A stretch of 64,000 nt of DNA from an uncultured Gammaproteobacteria bacterium (GCA_964416505.1 CAYQEJ010000002.1:968-64967), one strand, 5' to 3'. Shown: positions 8,373 to 17,606, counted from the first letter of the stretch. Notes: generated from the letters alone by a model not told the origin. A program made the numbers and translations.

Positions 8373-9530
8373 ATGACAAGAGATTCTGAAAGACAGATGG
8401 GAATGTATGGTCAGGCGCCATCGGAAATTGGCGCAGTAAGAATCCGTTTTGGAACTGGATTATCAGCTCCAGTTGTTAGAGATGCAGAAATCTATATAAG
8501 AGAATTGGTGGCTGGACAAGCTACACCCGAGCAAAGACCAGATTCTCTTAATACACCAGAAGCAGAAGCTTTCCTAACAGAAGGAAGACCTGAATTTGGT
8601 GGCAGAAGTATTTTTGCAACACTACGGCACATTGTGGGAGAGGAACTTAAAAGAGGCACTTTCACACCAGGCGCAGCAGTTCCTCCTCTAGAGCTTGTGC
8701 AGACCATTTCTCGAAAAAAAGAAGGAAGAAAATCACCTGACGACACATGGGTAGGTAGAAATCATTTTTACGGAATTGGCGTACCCAGGCAAGTACTTAA
8801 TCAAATACTTTCAGAAGTACCCACTCAGCCAAGACAAAAAGGATCAGAAATACTTACTACTTATGATAGGCAAGCAGTGGAGGAACGCTTACAAAAATAC
8901 TTTGCCCAAACACCAAGAGTAAACTCTAGAACAGGACTTTTTGAAGATGAAAGCGGAGTTTGGGTCACGCGTGCGTATTTAACAGCTAGATATGGAATTT
9001 CACATTTTCTTCTAAACACTTACCTTACAGATGTCTTAACCAGACCAGGACTAAACAAAGGAAAAGACGCAACGCTTTATAATTTAAGTCAGGCAAAAGA
9101 AAATCTTAAAGGATTAATTCAAACTCCATCAGAGACAGGCGGAAGAGGAAGCCATGTTGAAAAAGGCGTAGATTGGATAAATGCAGAAGAAATCGCAAGA
9201 AGACTTCATCTTTCTCCCTCAACAGTAAAAGCTGCACTTACTGACGAAAGGTTCAAAACCGTTAGAGGAAAGAATGGAAAAGATTCAAAATGTTATGACT
9301 TTGGTAGAGCCAAGAAATTACTGGAACCTTTAACTTCTCTTCCGGTGGCAAATCCTACAAGTAACGGCAGGATGGTTACTGGAAGCTTTTTAGCAGAAAG
9401 ATACCCTTTAAGCATACCTACAATTGCAAATAGATTAAAAACTATTGGCGTAAGAGGCAGAGGAATTGGCGGAAGACACGCAATCCTTTATCCGCTCCAT
9501 GAAGCAGAAAAAATTCTTGCAGAAAAATAA
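8373..9530 (+). CDS. Hypothetical protein with four tandem HTH-like repeats
   Basis: Repeated W/M-V...hA.Ry.hS..Th...L...rG..Gk....Y...A...L modules; promoter TTGACC-17-TATAAT directly upstream. Confidence 0.65.
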   Translation: MTRDSERQMGMYGQAPSEIGAVRIRFGTGLSAPVVRDAEIYIRELVAGQATPEQRPDSLNTPEAEAFLTEGRPEFGGRSIFATLRHIVGEELKRGTFTPGAAVPPLELVQTISRKKEGRKSPDDTWVGRNHFYGIGVPRQVLNQILSEVPTQPRQKGSEILTTYDRQAVEERLQKYFAQTPRVNSRTGLFEDESGVWVTRAYLTARYGISHFLLNTYLTDVLTRPGLNKGKDATLYNLSQAKENLKGLIQTPSETGGRGSHVEKGVDWINAEEIARRLHLSPSTVKAALTDERFKTVRGKNGKDSKCYDFGRAKKLLEPLTSLPVANPTSNGRMVTGSFLAERYPLSIPTIANRLKTIGVRGRGIGGRHAILYPLHEAEKILAEK

Positions 9531-9548
9531 ACTGATATAATAGTTCAA

Positions 9549-10121
9549 ATGACTAGACAGGAAGCCTGGGAAGAATTAAATAAAAATATTAAAAATCCAA
9601 ATCTAATTAAGCATCATCTCGCATGTGAGGCAATAATGATCTCACTTTGCAAAAAATTAGTTCCGAATGCTGATGAGATTACCATAGGTAAATGGGGACT
9701 GACTGGACTTCTACATGATGTAGATTACGAACTCACCCGTGAGACACCGGAAAAACATGGAATTGTTTCATCAGAAATACTTAAAGATAACATAGACAGC
9801 GATATAATCTATGCAATTCGAGCACATAATTACACTAGAAACGGTGCGGAAGCTCCCAAATCCTTCATGGACTGGAGTATGTATACATGTGACGAATTAT
9901 CAGGTCTTATAATTGCAGCAACTCTAATTCATCCAGATAAAAAATTAGCTTCTATCGACGTCCCATTTATTTTAAAAAGATTTAACGAACCTAGTTTTGC
10001 AAAAGGAGCAGATAGAAACCAAATCAAGATGTGTGAATCAGAGCTTAAAATTCCTCTTGCGGAATTTGTACAAATTGCGCTTTCTGCAATGCAAAAAATT
10101 TCTACCGATTTAAATCTTTGA
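9549..10121 (+). CDS. HD-domain phosphohydrolase
   Basis: KHHLA..GLLHDVDYE...HG...AH...DELSGLI...FAKG motifs. Confidence 0.85.
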   Translation: MTRQEAWEELNKNIKNPNLIKHHLACEAIMISLCKKLVPNADEITIGKWGLTGLLHDVDYELTRETPEKHGIVSSEILKDNIDSDIIYAIRAHNYTRNGAEAPKSFMDWSMYTCDELSGLIIAATLIHPDKKLASIDVPFILKRFNEPSFAKGADRNQIKMCESELKIPLAEFVQIALSAMQKISTDLNL

Positions 10122-10153
10122 CATTTATTCTAAATTTAACCTAAACTAAACTT

Positions 10154-10372
10154 ATGAGCGAAAATAAATACGAGTTGGTTACTAAATCCCGAAAAGACAT
10201 AATTACAAATAATTTTCTAGGTGGCCTTGCGTGGGGAGTGGGAGTCACATTAGGACTTACTATTCTTTTTGGAATCATAGCTTTTGTTTCTTCTCACATT
10301 AATTTCGTACCGATTGTTGGAGAATTTGTCTCGAAAGTTTTGAATTACGTACTTACAAATAGAGTAAGATAG
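10154..10372 (+). CDS. Small membrane protein (DUF5665-like)
   Basis: NFLGGLAWGVGVTLG...VPIVGEFV. Confidence 0.6.
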   Translation: MSENKYELVTKSRKDIITNNFLGGLAWGVGVTLGLTILFGIIAFVSSHINFVPIVGEFVSKVLNYVLTNRVR

Positions 10373-10418
10373 TCCCAAACAATTGCTAATTTGAGGCTAT
10401 ACTGCTAAAATCCGATTC

Positions 10419-12173
10419 ATGAATAATATTGATCTCTCCAGCATAAGACATTCCACTGCTCATCTTCTGGCAGCTGCTATTTTAAAACTCTATCCTGATA
10501 CGAAATTAACTATTGGCCCAGCAATTGAAAATGGTTTTTATTATGATTTAGATTTTTCAAATCCAATTTCAGAAAATGATCTCCCTAAAATTGAAGAAGA
10601 AATGAGAAGAATACTCCCAAGCTGGAATTCTTTTTCACATAGAGAAGTTTCCGATCAAGAAGCAAAGGAATTCTATAAAAATAATCAATACAAACTAGAG
10701 CTAATAGATGAAATTGTAGAAAAGGGTGAAAAAATAACTTTTTATAAAGCGGGAGAATTTGAAGATCTTTGCCGCGGCGGACATAGCGAGAACCCCTCAG
10801 AAGAAATTGGCGCATTTAAGCTTCTTTCTATCGCTGGTGCCTATTGGAGAGGAAGCGAAAAAAACAAAATGCTCACTCGTATTTACGGAACTGCTTTTTC
10901 AACTCAGAAAGAACTAGATGAGTACTTAGTAATGCTCGAAGAAGCAAAGAAAAGAGATCATAAAAAATTAGGTTTAGAATTAGATCTTTTCATGTTTCAT
11001 GAAACATCTCCAGGAATGCCATACTGGCTACCTAAAGGATTTGCTCTATATAATTCGCTTCTTAATTTTTCAAGAGAAGTTCACAAGAAATATAGATATC
11101 AAGAAATCGCAACTCCAATTCTAAACAAAAAAGATCTATATATGACTTCAGGTCACTGGTCTCATTATAGAGATGATATGTTCCTGTCTCCAATGTCTTT
11201 CATAAGAGATGATTCAAAAGAACTTCTGGAGGGTGGAGAAGTATTCGGCATCAAACCAATGAACTGTCCAAATGCTATGAATGTATTTTCGATGACAATT
11301 AGATCTTATAAAAATCTGCCTCTTCGTTTTTCAGAAACTTCAGCTCTCCATAGATTTGAGCCTTCAGGCACACTAAATGGACTTTTCAGAGCAAGAGAAT
11401 TCCACCAAGACGACGCTCATATTTTCCTCATGACTTCTCAAGTAGAAGATGAATTTCAAAAAATAATGGAGATGATCGAAGAACTCTATGGCGCATTCAA
11501 TCTTTCATATAGGCTTAGATTTGGTACAAGACCTGAAAACTTCATGGGCGAAAGTAAAGATTGGGACGAAGCCGAAGATGCATTAAAATCAGTGCTTGAT
11601 AAATCGGGCAAAGAATACGTAACTGAAGAAGGAGAAGGAGCATTCTACGGACCAAAGATAGATATTCTTATGAAAGATTCACTAGGACGTGAATGGCAAA
11701 CAGGAACAATTCAATTAGATTTCCAACAACCCAAAAATTTCAAACTAGAATATATTGATGAAAGCGGAAAAACTACTACCCCTGTTGTTCTTCATAGAGC
11801 CCTATTTGGCTCATTTGAAAGATTTCTAGGAATTCTTTTAGAACATTTTGCAGGTATACTCCCAATTTGGCTTTCTCCTATTCAAGTAATAATTCTACCA
11901 ATAGCAGATAAGCATAATGATTTCTCTCAAAATTTAGTAAATGAGCTTAGAAAAAATGGTATCCGAGCAGAGGTTGATTCTCGAAGTGAGAGACTTCAAC
12001 TTAAAATAAGAGAAGCGACTTTGCAAAAGATTCCATATTTAGGTATAATAGGGGACAAAGAAATTGAAAAAAATTCAGTTTCAGTTAGAGCTTTAGATGG
12101 GGAAGATTTAGGAAGTTTAAATCTTTCTCATTTTTTAGAAAAGCTAAAAGATCAAATTGATAAAAAAGTCTAA
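10419..12173 (+). CDS. thrS: Threonine--tRNA ligase
   Basis: RHSTAHL, DLCRGGH, RDHKKLG, KPMNCP, AFYGPKID, GTIQLDF, HRA.FGS.ERF motifs. Confidence 0.98.
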   Translation: MNNIDLSSIRHSTAHLLAAAILKLYPDTKLTIGPAIENGFYYDLDFSNPISENDLPKIEEEMRRILPSWNSFSHREVSDQEAKEFYKNNQYKLELIDEIVEKGEKITFYKAGEFEDLCRGGHSENPSEEIGAFKLLSIAGAYWRGSEKNKMLTRIYGTAFSTQKELDEYLVMLEEAKKRDHKKLGLELDLFMFHETSPGMPYWLPKGFALYNSLLNFSREVHKKYRYQEIATPILNKKDLYMTSGHWSHYRDDMFLSPMSFIRDDSKELLEGGEVFGIKPMNCPNAMNVFSMTIRSYKNLPLRFSETSALHRFEPSGTLNGLFRAREFHQDDAHIFLMTSQVEDEFQKIMEMIEELYGAFNLSYRLRFGTRPENFMGESKDWDEAEDALKSVLDKSGKEYVTEEGEGAFYGPKIDILMKDSLGREWQTGTIQLDFQQPKNFKLEYIDESGKTTTPVVLHRALFGSFERFLGILLEHFAGILPIWLSPIQVIILPIADKHNDFSQNLVNELRKNGIRAEVDSRSERLQLKIREATLQKIPYLGIIGDKEIEKNSVSVRALDGEDLGSLNLSHFLEKLKDQIDKKV

Positions 12174-12747
12174 CAAAAATAACAATAAATTTTACAGAAT
12201 TAACGAGCGAATATTTGCAAACGAACTTCGAGTAATTGACAGTGAAGCTAAGCAAATAGGGATATTAAGTAAGTCTGAAGCACTTGAAAAAGCAAGAGAA
12301 TTGGGAATGGATTTAGTAGAAATTGCCCCAACTGCTAAACCACCAGTTGCTAGAATTATTGATTTTAAGAAATTTCTTTACCAGGAAGAAAAGAAGAAAA
12401 GAGAAGAAAAGAAAAAATCAAAAAATTCTGAAACGAAAGAAATTAGATTAGGACCTTTCATGAATGATCATGATTTGGAAACAATGGTCAAGAGAGCAAG
12501 AGAATTTCTTGAAGGGAACGATAAAGTAAGATTAGTTGTTAGATTTAAAGGTCGCCAGATGGGACATCCGGAATTCGGCCATCAAGTACTTGGAAAAGCT
12601 ATAGCAAGCCTTTCCGATATATCAAAAGTTGATAAACAGGCACATTTTGAAGGGAGATCGCTTATTTCAATGCTTTCTCCAGAAAGGAAGAAAAACAATG
12701 ACGAAGAACAAAAAGAAAATAAAGAAATCGATAGCAACTCGCTTTAA
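12157..12747 (+). CDS. infC: Translation initiation factor IF-3
   Basis: INERI...LRVID...DLVEIAP.AKPPVARI.DF.KF; non-ATG start (TTG 12157 or ATA 12160). Confidence 0.95.
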   Translation: MIKKSNKNNNKFYRINERIFANELRVIDSEAKQIGILSKSEALEKARELGMDLVEIAPTAKPPVARIIDFKKFLYQEEKKKREEKKKSKNSETKEIRLGPFMNDHDLETMVKRAREFLEGNDKVRLVVRFKGRQMGHPEFGHQVLGKAIASLSDISKVDKQAHFEGRSLISMLSPERKKNNDEEQKENKEIDSNSL

Positions 12748-12898
12748 GGTTACAAAAACCGGAAAAGTGATGTTTTCGCATCAAAACAATCAGCACCGTT
12801 TTTCTCACAAAAACAAAAGACAAAAAAGAAGAAATAACGTAGATGGAGTATTAAATAATGATTTTGCTAAAAAAATTAAATCATTATTAGGAGAATAA
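12698..12898 (+). CDS. rpmI: 50S ribosomal protein L35
   Basis: KKSIATRFKVTKTGK; lies between infC and rplT. Confidence 0.9.
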   Translation: MTKNKKKIKKSIATRFKVTKTGKVMFSHQNNQHRFSHKNKRQKRRNNVDGVLNNDFAKKIKSLLGE

Positions 12899-12899
12899 T

Positions 12900-13241
12900 A
12901 TGAGAGTAAAAAGAGGAGTAGTATCCAAAAGAAGACATAATAAATTATTTGATAGAAATAAAGGCTTTAAAGGCACAAAAAATAGACTTATTAAAGATGC
13001 CAAAGAAGCAGATTTACATGCAGGTGCATATGCGTATCATGGAAGAAAACTTAGAAAAAGAGACAATAGAGCTCTTTGGATTACTCGCATTTCAGAAGCT
13101 TCAAAAAAAGAAGGAATGTCTTATTCAGTCTTAATTAATAAACTTAAAAATGCTCAAATTACACTTGATAGAAAAATCTTAAATGATTTAGTTCAAAACG
13201 ATCCAGAAACATTTAAAGAAGTAGTATCCTCAGTTAAATAA
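12900..13241 (+). CDS. rplT: 50S ribosomal protein L20
   Basis: MRVKRG...AY.GRK.RKRD.RALWITRI...LDRK.L. Confidence 0.97.
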   Translation: MRVKRGVVSKRRHNKLFDRNKGFKGTKNRLIKDAKEADLHAGAYAYHGRKLRKRDNRALWITRISEASKKEGMSYSVLINKLKNAQITLDRKILNDLVQNDPETFKEVVSSVK

Positions 13242-13251
13242 CTTCTAAAAT

Positions 13252-13536
13252 ATGCCCTACCTCTTTACCCAAGAAGGCTACGAAAAATTAAAAAAAGACC
13301 TAGATGAATCAGAAAAAAGAAGACCTGAAGTAGTAGCTACTCTTTCTAAAGCTCGCGCCATGGGAGATCTTTCGGAAAATGGATTTTATAAAGGAGCAAA
13401 ATTCGAGCTAAATGACTTAGATAGGAAAATAAGGCATCTTAAGCATCTTATAAAGGAGGCTAGAATAATAGAAAAACCTACACAAAATGAATTTGTACAA
13501 ATTGGCCACACTGTAAAACTTAAAAGAATTAATTGA
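13252..13536 (+). pseudogene. greA: GreA N-terminal coiled-coil only; C-terminal domain missing
   Basis: TQEGYEKL...RPEVV..L..AR.MGDLSEN..Y; stops just after VQIGHTVKL at 94 aa, whereas full GreA is ~150-160 aa. Confidence 0.75.
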
Positions 13537-13571
13537 CACCATTTAGTTTTTTCTGCTAAAATCACCATCAT

Positions 13572-14372
13572 ATGCTTCCCCCTGATAGAAGACCTGGAGT
13601 ACAATATACTGGAATAGGAATTATAACACCCGATCAAAGATTAACCGTCGATAAACCTGATATTTTTGCACCTCAAGTAGTAAAAGACGCATTAGCCAGA
13701 ATAAGAAGCATAGATACTGATATGCAGGGATTTAGACAAAGCTCTGATTTAATTTTTAATATGCAAGGAGTTAGGCTTGCAGAAGAACTTCCAAAACGAA
13801 GAATATCCGTAGAGACTCCAGTTGGAACTCTTAGTACAGAAGTTAGCGACTCCCGCGGAGTACTACTTATTGGAATTCTTAGATCAGGACTTCCAGCAGC
13901 CCAAGGAATCAGAACAGCAATGCCTGACGCAACAATTGGAGTCGTTGACATAAAAAGAGACGAAGAAACAGCGCAGCCTTCTATGTTCTACGATGGAATT
14001 TCAGGATTGGACTTATCAGGATTTAATCAGGTTATAGTTCCAGATCCAATGCTTGCAACTGGAGGATCAGCATCAATGGCTATCGATTTATTAAAAGATA
14101 GAGGAGCAAGTAATATTCACTTAGTTTCTTTAGTAGCAGCTCCTGAAGGAGTAGAACGTATTCAAAAAGATCACCCAGATGTAAAAATAACTACAACAGC
14201 CATGGACGAAAGATTAAATGACAGAAGCTACATTGTTCCAGGACTCGGTGATTTTGGAGATAGATATTTCGGTAGAGATCCAATGGATATTAGAGACGAA
14301 ATCCAAGATGTAACTCTTCATTATGAAAATGGAAGATTATTTGTTCCAGGTCCAAAAGGAAGTCTTTTCTAA
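13572..14372 (+). CDS. upp: Uracil phosphoribosyltransferase with N- and C-terminal extensions
   Basis: ILRSG, DPMLATGGS (PRPP motif), YIVPGLGDFGDRYFG. Confidence 0.92.
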   Translation: MLPPDRRPGVQYTGIGIITPDQRLTVDKPDIFAPQVVKDALARIRSIDTDMQGFRQSSDLIFNMQGVRLAEELPKRRISVETPVGTLSTEVSDSRGVLLIGILRSGLPAAQGIRTAMPDATIGVVDIKRDEETAQPSMFYDGISGLDLSGFNQVIVPDPMLATGGSASMAIDLLKDRGASNIHLVSLVAAPEGVERIQKDHPDVKITTTAMDERLNDRSYIVPGLGDFGDRYFGRDPMDIRDEIQDVTLHYENGRLFVPGPKGSLF

Positions 14373-14373
14373 A

Positions 14374-14402
14374 TTGTAATTTCTTTTCTTATTTGCTATT
14401 AT
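14374..14402 (+). promoter_or_regulatory. Promoter of the Phe attenuator
   Basis: TTGTAA-17 bp-TATTAT with TG extension; ATG follows after a 7-nt gap. Confidence 0.55.
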
Positions 14403-14409
14403 GTTTTTT

Positions 14410-14463
14410 ATGATTAAAGGTTTGAATTTTGGTTTTTACTTTACACACCCTACGGGGAGGTAA
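14410..14463 (+). CDS. Phe/Tyr-rich attenuator leader peptide MIKGLNFGFYFTHPTGR
   Basis: F-G-F-Y-F cluster, then GGGAGG antiterminator arm; directly upstream of prephenate dehydratase. Confidence 0.8.
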   Translation: MIKGLNFGFYFTHPTGR

Positions 14464-14487
14464 CGTATTGCCAAAATAAAAGGCAAT

Positions 14488-14513
14488 AAGCCTCCCAAAC
14501 GGGAGGTTTTTTT
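14488..14513 (+). terminator. Attenuator terminator
   Basis: GCCTCCC-AAAC-GGGAGGT hairpin plus T7. Confidence 0.85.
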
Positions 14514-14521
14514 GTGTTTAT

Positions 14522-15727
14522 ATGGGAAGTTTAGAACGAAGAATACAACAAAAAAAATTAGGAACCAGAGAAATAGTACAGCCAAGAATGATTGCATGGC
14601 TTGGTCCTCGCGGAAATTTCACCCAACTCGCCCTAGAACAATTAGCTACTAGGGGCTCTCGGTATGATGATGCAATTCCCATGGAGGCAAGATCAATTGG
14701 AGAAATGTTTGATCTCGTAGAATCCGGGGCCTGTGAACTAGCTCTTGTTCCTTACGAAAACTCATCTGATGGACCAGTAGGCGAATCGCACAGAAATTTG
14801 CACGATAGATCTGTTCAGATTGTCGATGAAACTGTACTTGGGATAGAACAAGTGCTTTATATGAAGCGCGGCGTATTCGTAGGAGATATACAAGTTGTTG
14901 CATCTAAAGACTCTGCACTTGGCCAATGCGATTCACATATTTCTCAAGTTTTCGGAGAACATATCAAAAGACTTCCTACAAAAAGCACAGGTGAAGCAGT
15001 TGCAATGGCCGCAGAGGATCCAAGAATTGCCGCAATCGGCAGCAGTATTTCTGCCACAGCTCAGGGCTTAGACAAACTTTTAATAGCAACTAGAAATTTC
15101 CAAGACAATCCAGGAAACGCAACTACATTTACGATTATTCAAAAACCTGGCGAATTGCCGGCGCCTACTGGAAACGACAAAACCACATTTATCTTAACTA
15201 TTCCTGATCAAACAGGCAGTCTTCACAAAGCGCTTATGGAACTTTCGGCAAGAGGAGTAAATCTTAACAAAATTAAGTCTATGCAGAAAGCAGATGGAGG
15301 AATGAGATTCTTGATGTCTATAGACGGTCATATTACTGATCCAAATGTACACTCAATTCTTATGACTCTTAGAGCTCAGGAAATGAAAATTCTAGGTTCA
15401 TACCCGAGAGCAGATTATACACCCGCGAGAACAGGAAGAGCTTACGCTATGGATTATGCGGTTAAAAGAATTAAGGATGAAGCACAAAACGGAGATCAGG
15501 CAACGGATCAAAGAACCTTAGTCTTTACCGTAAAAAACGAGCCTGGATCTTTATTTAAAGCGCTTGGAGTATTTGCAGAAGCAGGAGTAAGTCTGAAAAA
15601 AATTGATTCCCAGCCAAGCGGAGAATTCGAAGAATACATCTTTTATGTAGCATTTAAGCAATCTCTAACATCCGATGACTTAATTACCCAATTAGGAAAA
15701 CACACTGATTATTTAAAACAAATTTAA
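14522..15727 (+). CDS. pheA: Prephenate dehydratase-like protein with two ACT domains
   Basis: IAWLGP.G.F, VPYENS.DG.V, ALGQC, ST..A, N.TTF (normally TRF), ACT1 (DQTGSL), ACT2 (NEPGSL...KIDSQP). Confidence 0.85.
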   Translation: MGSLERRIQQKKLGTREIVQPRMIAWLGPRGNFTQLALEQLATRGSRYDDAIPMEARSIGEMFDLVESGACELALVPYENSSDGPVGESHRNLHDRSVQIVDETVLGIEQVLYMKRGVFVGDIQVVASKDSALGQCDSHISQVFGEHIKRLPTKSTGEAVAMAAEDPRIAAIGSSISATAQGLDKLLIATRNFQDNPGNATTFTIIQKPGELPAPTGNDKTTFILTIPDQTGSLHKALMELSARGVNLNKIKSMQKADGGMRFLMSIDGHITDPNVHSILMTLRAQEMKILGSYPRADYTPARTGRAYAMDYAVKRIKDEAQNGDQATDQRTLVFTVKNEPGSLFKALGVFAEAGVSLKKIDSQPSGEFEEYIFYVAFKQSLTSDDLITQLGKHTDYLKQI

Positions 15728-15740
15728 GGAGGTGATTAGT

Positions 15741-15983
15741 ATGACAGAAAGAATAGATTTAGATTATAAATCTTTACCAATAGCAGATCCGCATGCGGGT
15801 ATAGCTCCTGAGAGAAAATTAGTTGTCTTAAGTACAAATCCGTCAGCTCATGCACTCTATACAGCTGAGAGAGAAAGAGCGGAAAGAATTCGAATAAATG
15901 AGATTACAGCTAAAGTGAAGGGATGGATACGCGACCAACGCTCGATAGGCATGGGGGAACAACTTGATTTAATTGCTAAATAA
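15741..15983 (+). CDS. Small hypothetical protein, probably co-transcribed with pheA
   Basis: SD AAGGAGGTGA before ATG 15741. Confidence 0.6.
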   Translation: MTERIDLDYKSLPIADPHAGIAPERKLVVLSTNPSAHALYTAERERAERIRINEITAKVKGWIRDQRSIGMGEQLDLIAK

Positions 15984-16019
15984 TTGACATTAAAAATTTC
16001 AAATGTTATCATCCCAGGC

Positions 16020-16526
16020 ATGCAAGATAGATATAGACCTGCTGCAACACCGGCAGAAATTAGAGAAGGTGCTGACCAAACAATTGCAAGACTCAGGTCA
16101 TTAACTGCGGAATATCAGTCAAAAGGAATAGCGCTTACTAGATGGCATGTAGATCCTATTGCAGGATCCCATGCAAATCTTGATGTTGCTCAGGATTTAT
16201 TGGATACGACAAATCCATTAAGACAATTAACTCGAAGAGATTTGACCCTTGATAGACTTGGAGAATATCCATCTATCAAAATCTTTCCTAGTGGGGACGG
16301 AAGTAAAATCGGCCTTATTACCCCACATTTTACATATCAATTTAGTCATCAGAGAATAGAAACAGTTTTTAATGGAGGGTTTGATGTTCCAAGAAGAGTA
16401 AGACTTTTAGAAAGATTTGGAAGACAAACTCCAGGACAATTAATTTTAAAGGCAATGGAAGAAGCCCAAGAAGAAGCAAGATATGGAAGAACAATTTTTT
16501 CTAGATTTACAGGTAGAAATAAATAA
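16020..16526 (+). CDS. Hypothetical protein
   Basis: TTGACA-17-TATCAT promoter then ATG 16020. Confidence 0.6.
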   Translation: MQDRYRPAATPAEIREGADQTIARLRSLTAEYQSKGIALTRWHVDPIAGSHANLDVAQDLLDTTNPLRQLTRRDLTLDRLGEYPSIKIFPSGDGSKIGLITPHFTYQFSHQRIETVFNGGFDVPRRVRLLERFGRQTPGQLILKAMEEAQEEARYGRTIFSRFTGRNK

Positions 16527-16571
16527 ACCAGATTCTCCCAATTTGCCCACAAATTAGATATACTTATTTAG

Positions 16572-17606
16572 ATGGAAAATGATCTTATAAATATTAAAAA
16601 CACAGCTCTTTCTATGATTTTGGATACAAGTGATCCAAAGGAGTTAGAGGAGTTAAAGCTACAATTTCTTGGAAGAAGCGGTCAGCTTACCATAGCCATG
16701 AAAGAACTTCCTAAGATAGATCCAGAAAAAAGAAAAGAAGTGGGTATACTAGCAAATGAAGTAAAAACTACAATAGAGGATGCTTTGAAGGAAAAAGGAA
16801 GAGATATAAAACATGGAGAAACAAAATTAAAAATTGAAAAAATAGATGTAACAAATCCAGGAATCAGACCTCCACTTGGCCATCATCATTTAATTACTCA
16901 AGCAATTTCAGAAATAACAGATATATTTGGAAGAATCGGGTTTACTCGAGTCAGATATCCAGAAGTGGAGTGGGACTGGTATGCATTCGGGGCACTAAAT
17001 TTTCCAGAAGGTCATCCAGCAAGAGATGATTGGGAGACTTTTTTCATAGATGCTCCTGTTAACAAGAAATATGGCCCTATGCTATTAACTCCTCATACAT
17101 CTAGCGGTCAAATTAGAGAAATGGAAGCAAATAAACCACCCATCAAGATGCTTAACATTGCTAAATGCTACAGACGCCAATCTGACATTTCACATACTCC
17201 TATGTTTCATCAATTTGAAGGATTAGCGGTAGATAAAAATCTTTCAATTGTAAACTTAAAAGGGGTTCTAGACTTTTTTGTAAAATCCTATTTTGGAGAA
17301 AAAAGAAGTGCCAGAATAAGACCTTATCATTTTGAATTTACAGAACCATCTTTTGAAGTTGATGTAAGCTGCGGAGTTTGCAACGGCAAAGGGTGTAAGC
17401 TTTGTAAGGAAGGATGGCTTGAAATGGGAGGCGCTGGAATGGTTCATCCAAACGTTTTAAAAAACTGCGGAATTGACCCCGAAGAATATAACGGATTTGC
17501 ATTCGGGTGGGGAGTAGAAAGAGTTCTAATGATGAAAGAAGGAATTGAAATTGATGATCTAAGACTTTTATATAACAATAAACTTGAATTTTTGGAGCAA
17601 TTCTAA
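16572..17606 (+). CDS. pheS: Phenylalanine--tRNA ligase alpha subunit
   Basis: HPARD, PHTS..Q, HTPMFHQFEGL, FTEPS.E, GFAFGWG.ER. Confidence 0.98.
   Translation: MENDLINIKNTALSMILDTSDPKELEELKLQFLGRSGQLTIAMKELPKIDPEKRKEVGILANEVKTTIEDALKEKGRDIKHGETKLKIEKIDVTNPGIRPPLGHHHLITQAISEITDIFGRIGFTRVRYPEVEWDWYAFGALNFPEGHPARDDWETFFIDAPVNKKYGPMLLTPHTSSGQIREMEANKPPIKMLNIAKCYRRQSDISHTPMFHQFEGLAVDKNLSIVNLKGVLDFFVKSYFGEKRSARIRPYHFEFTEPSFEVDVSCGVCNGKGCKLCKEGWLEMGGAGMVHPNVLKNCGIDPEEYNGFAFGWGVERVLMMKEGIEIDDLRLLYNNKLEFLEQF

Noticed and set aside
10373-16571. T-box leaders before thrS and pheS
   Set aside because: Intergenic gaps are only ~45 nt, with -10 boxes directly before the ATG
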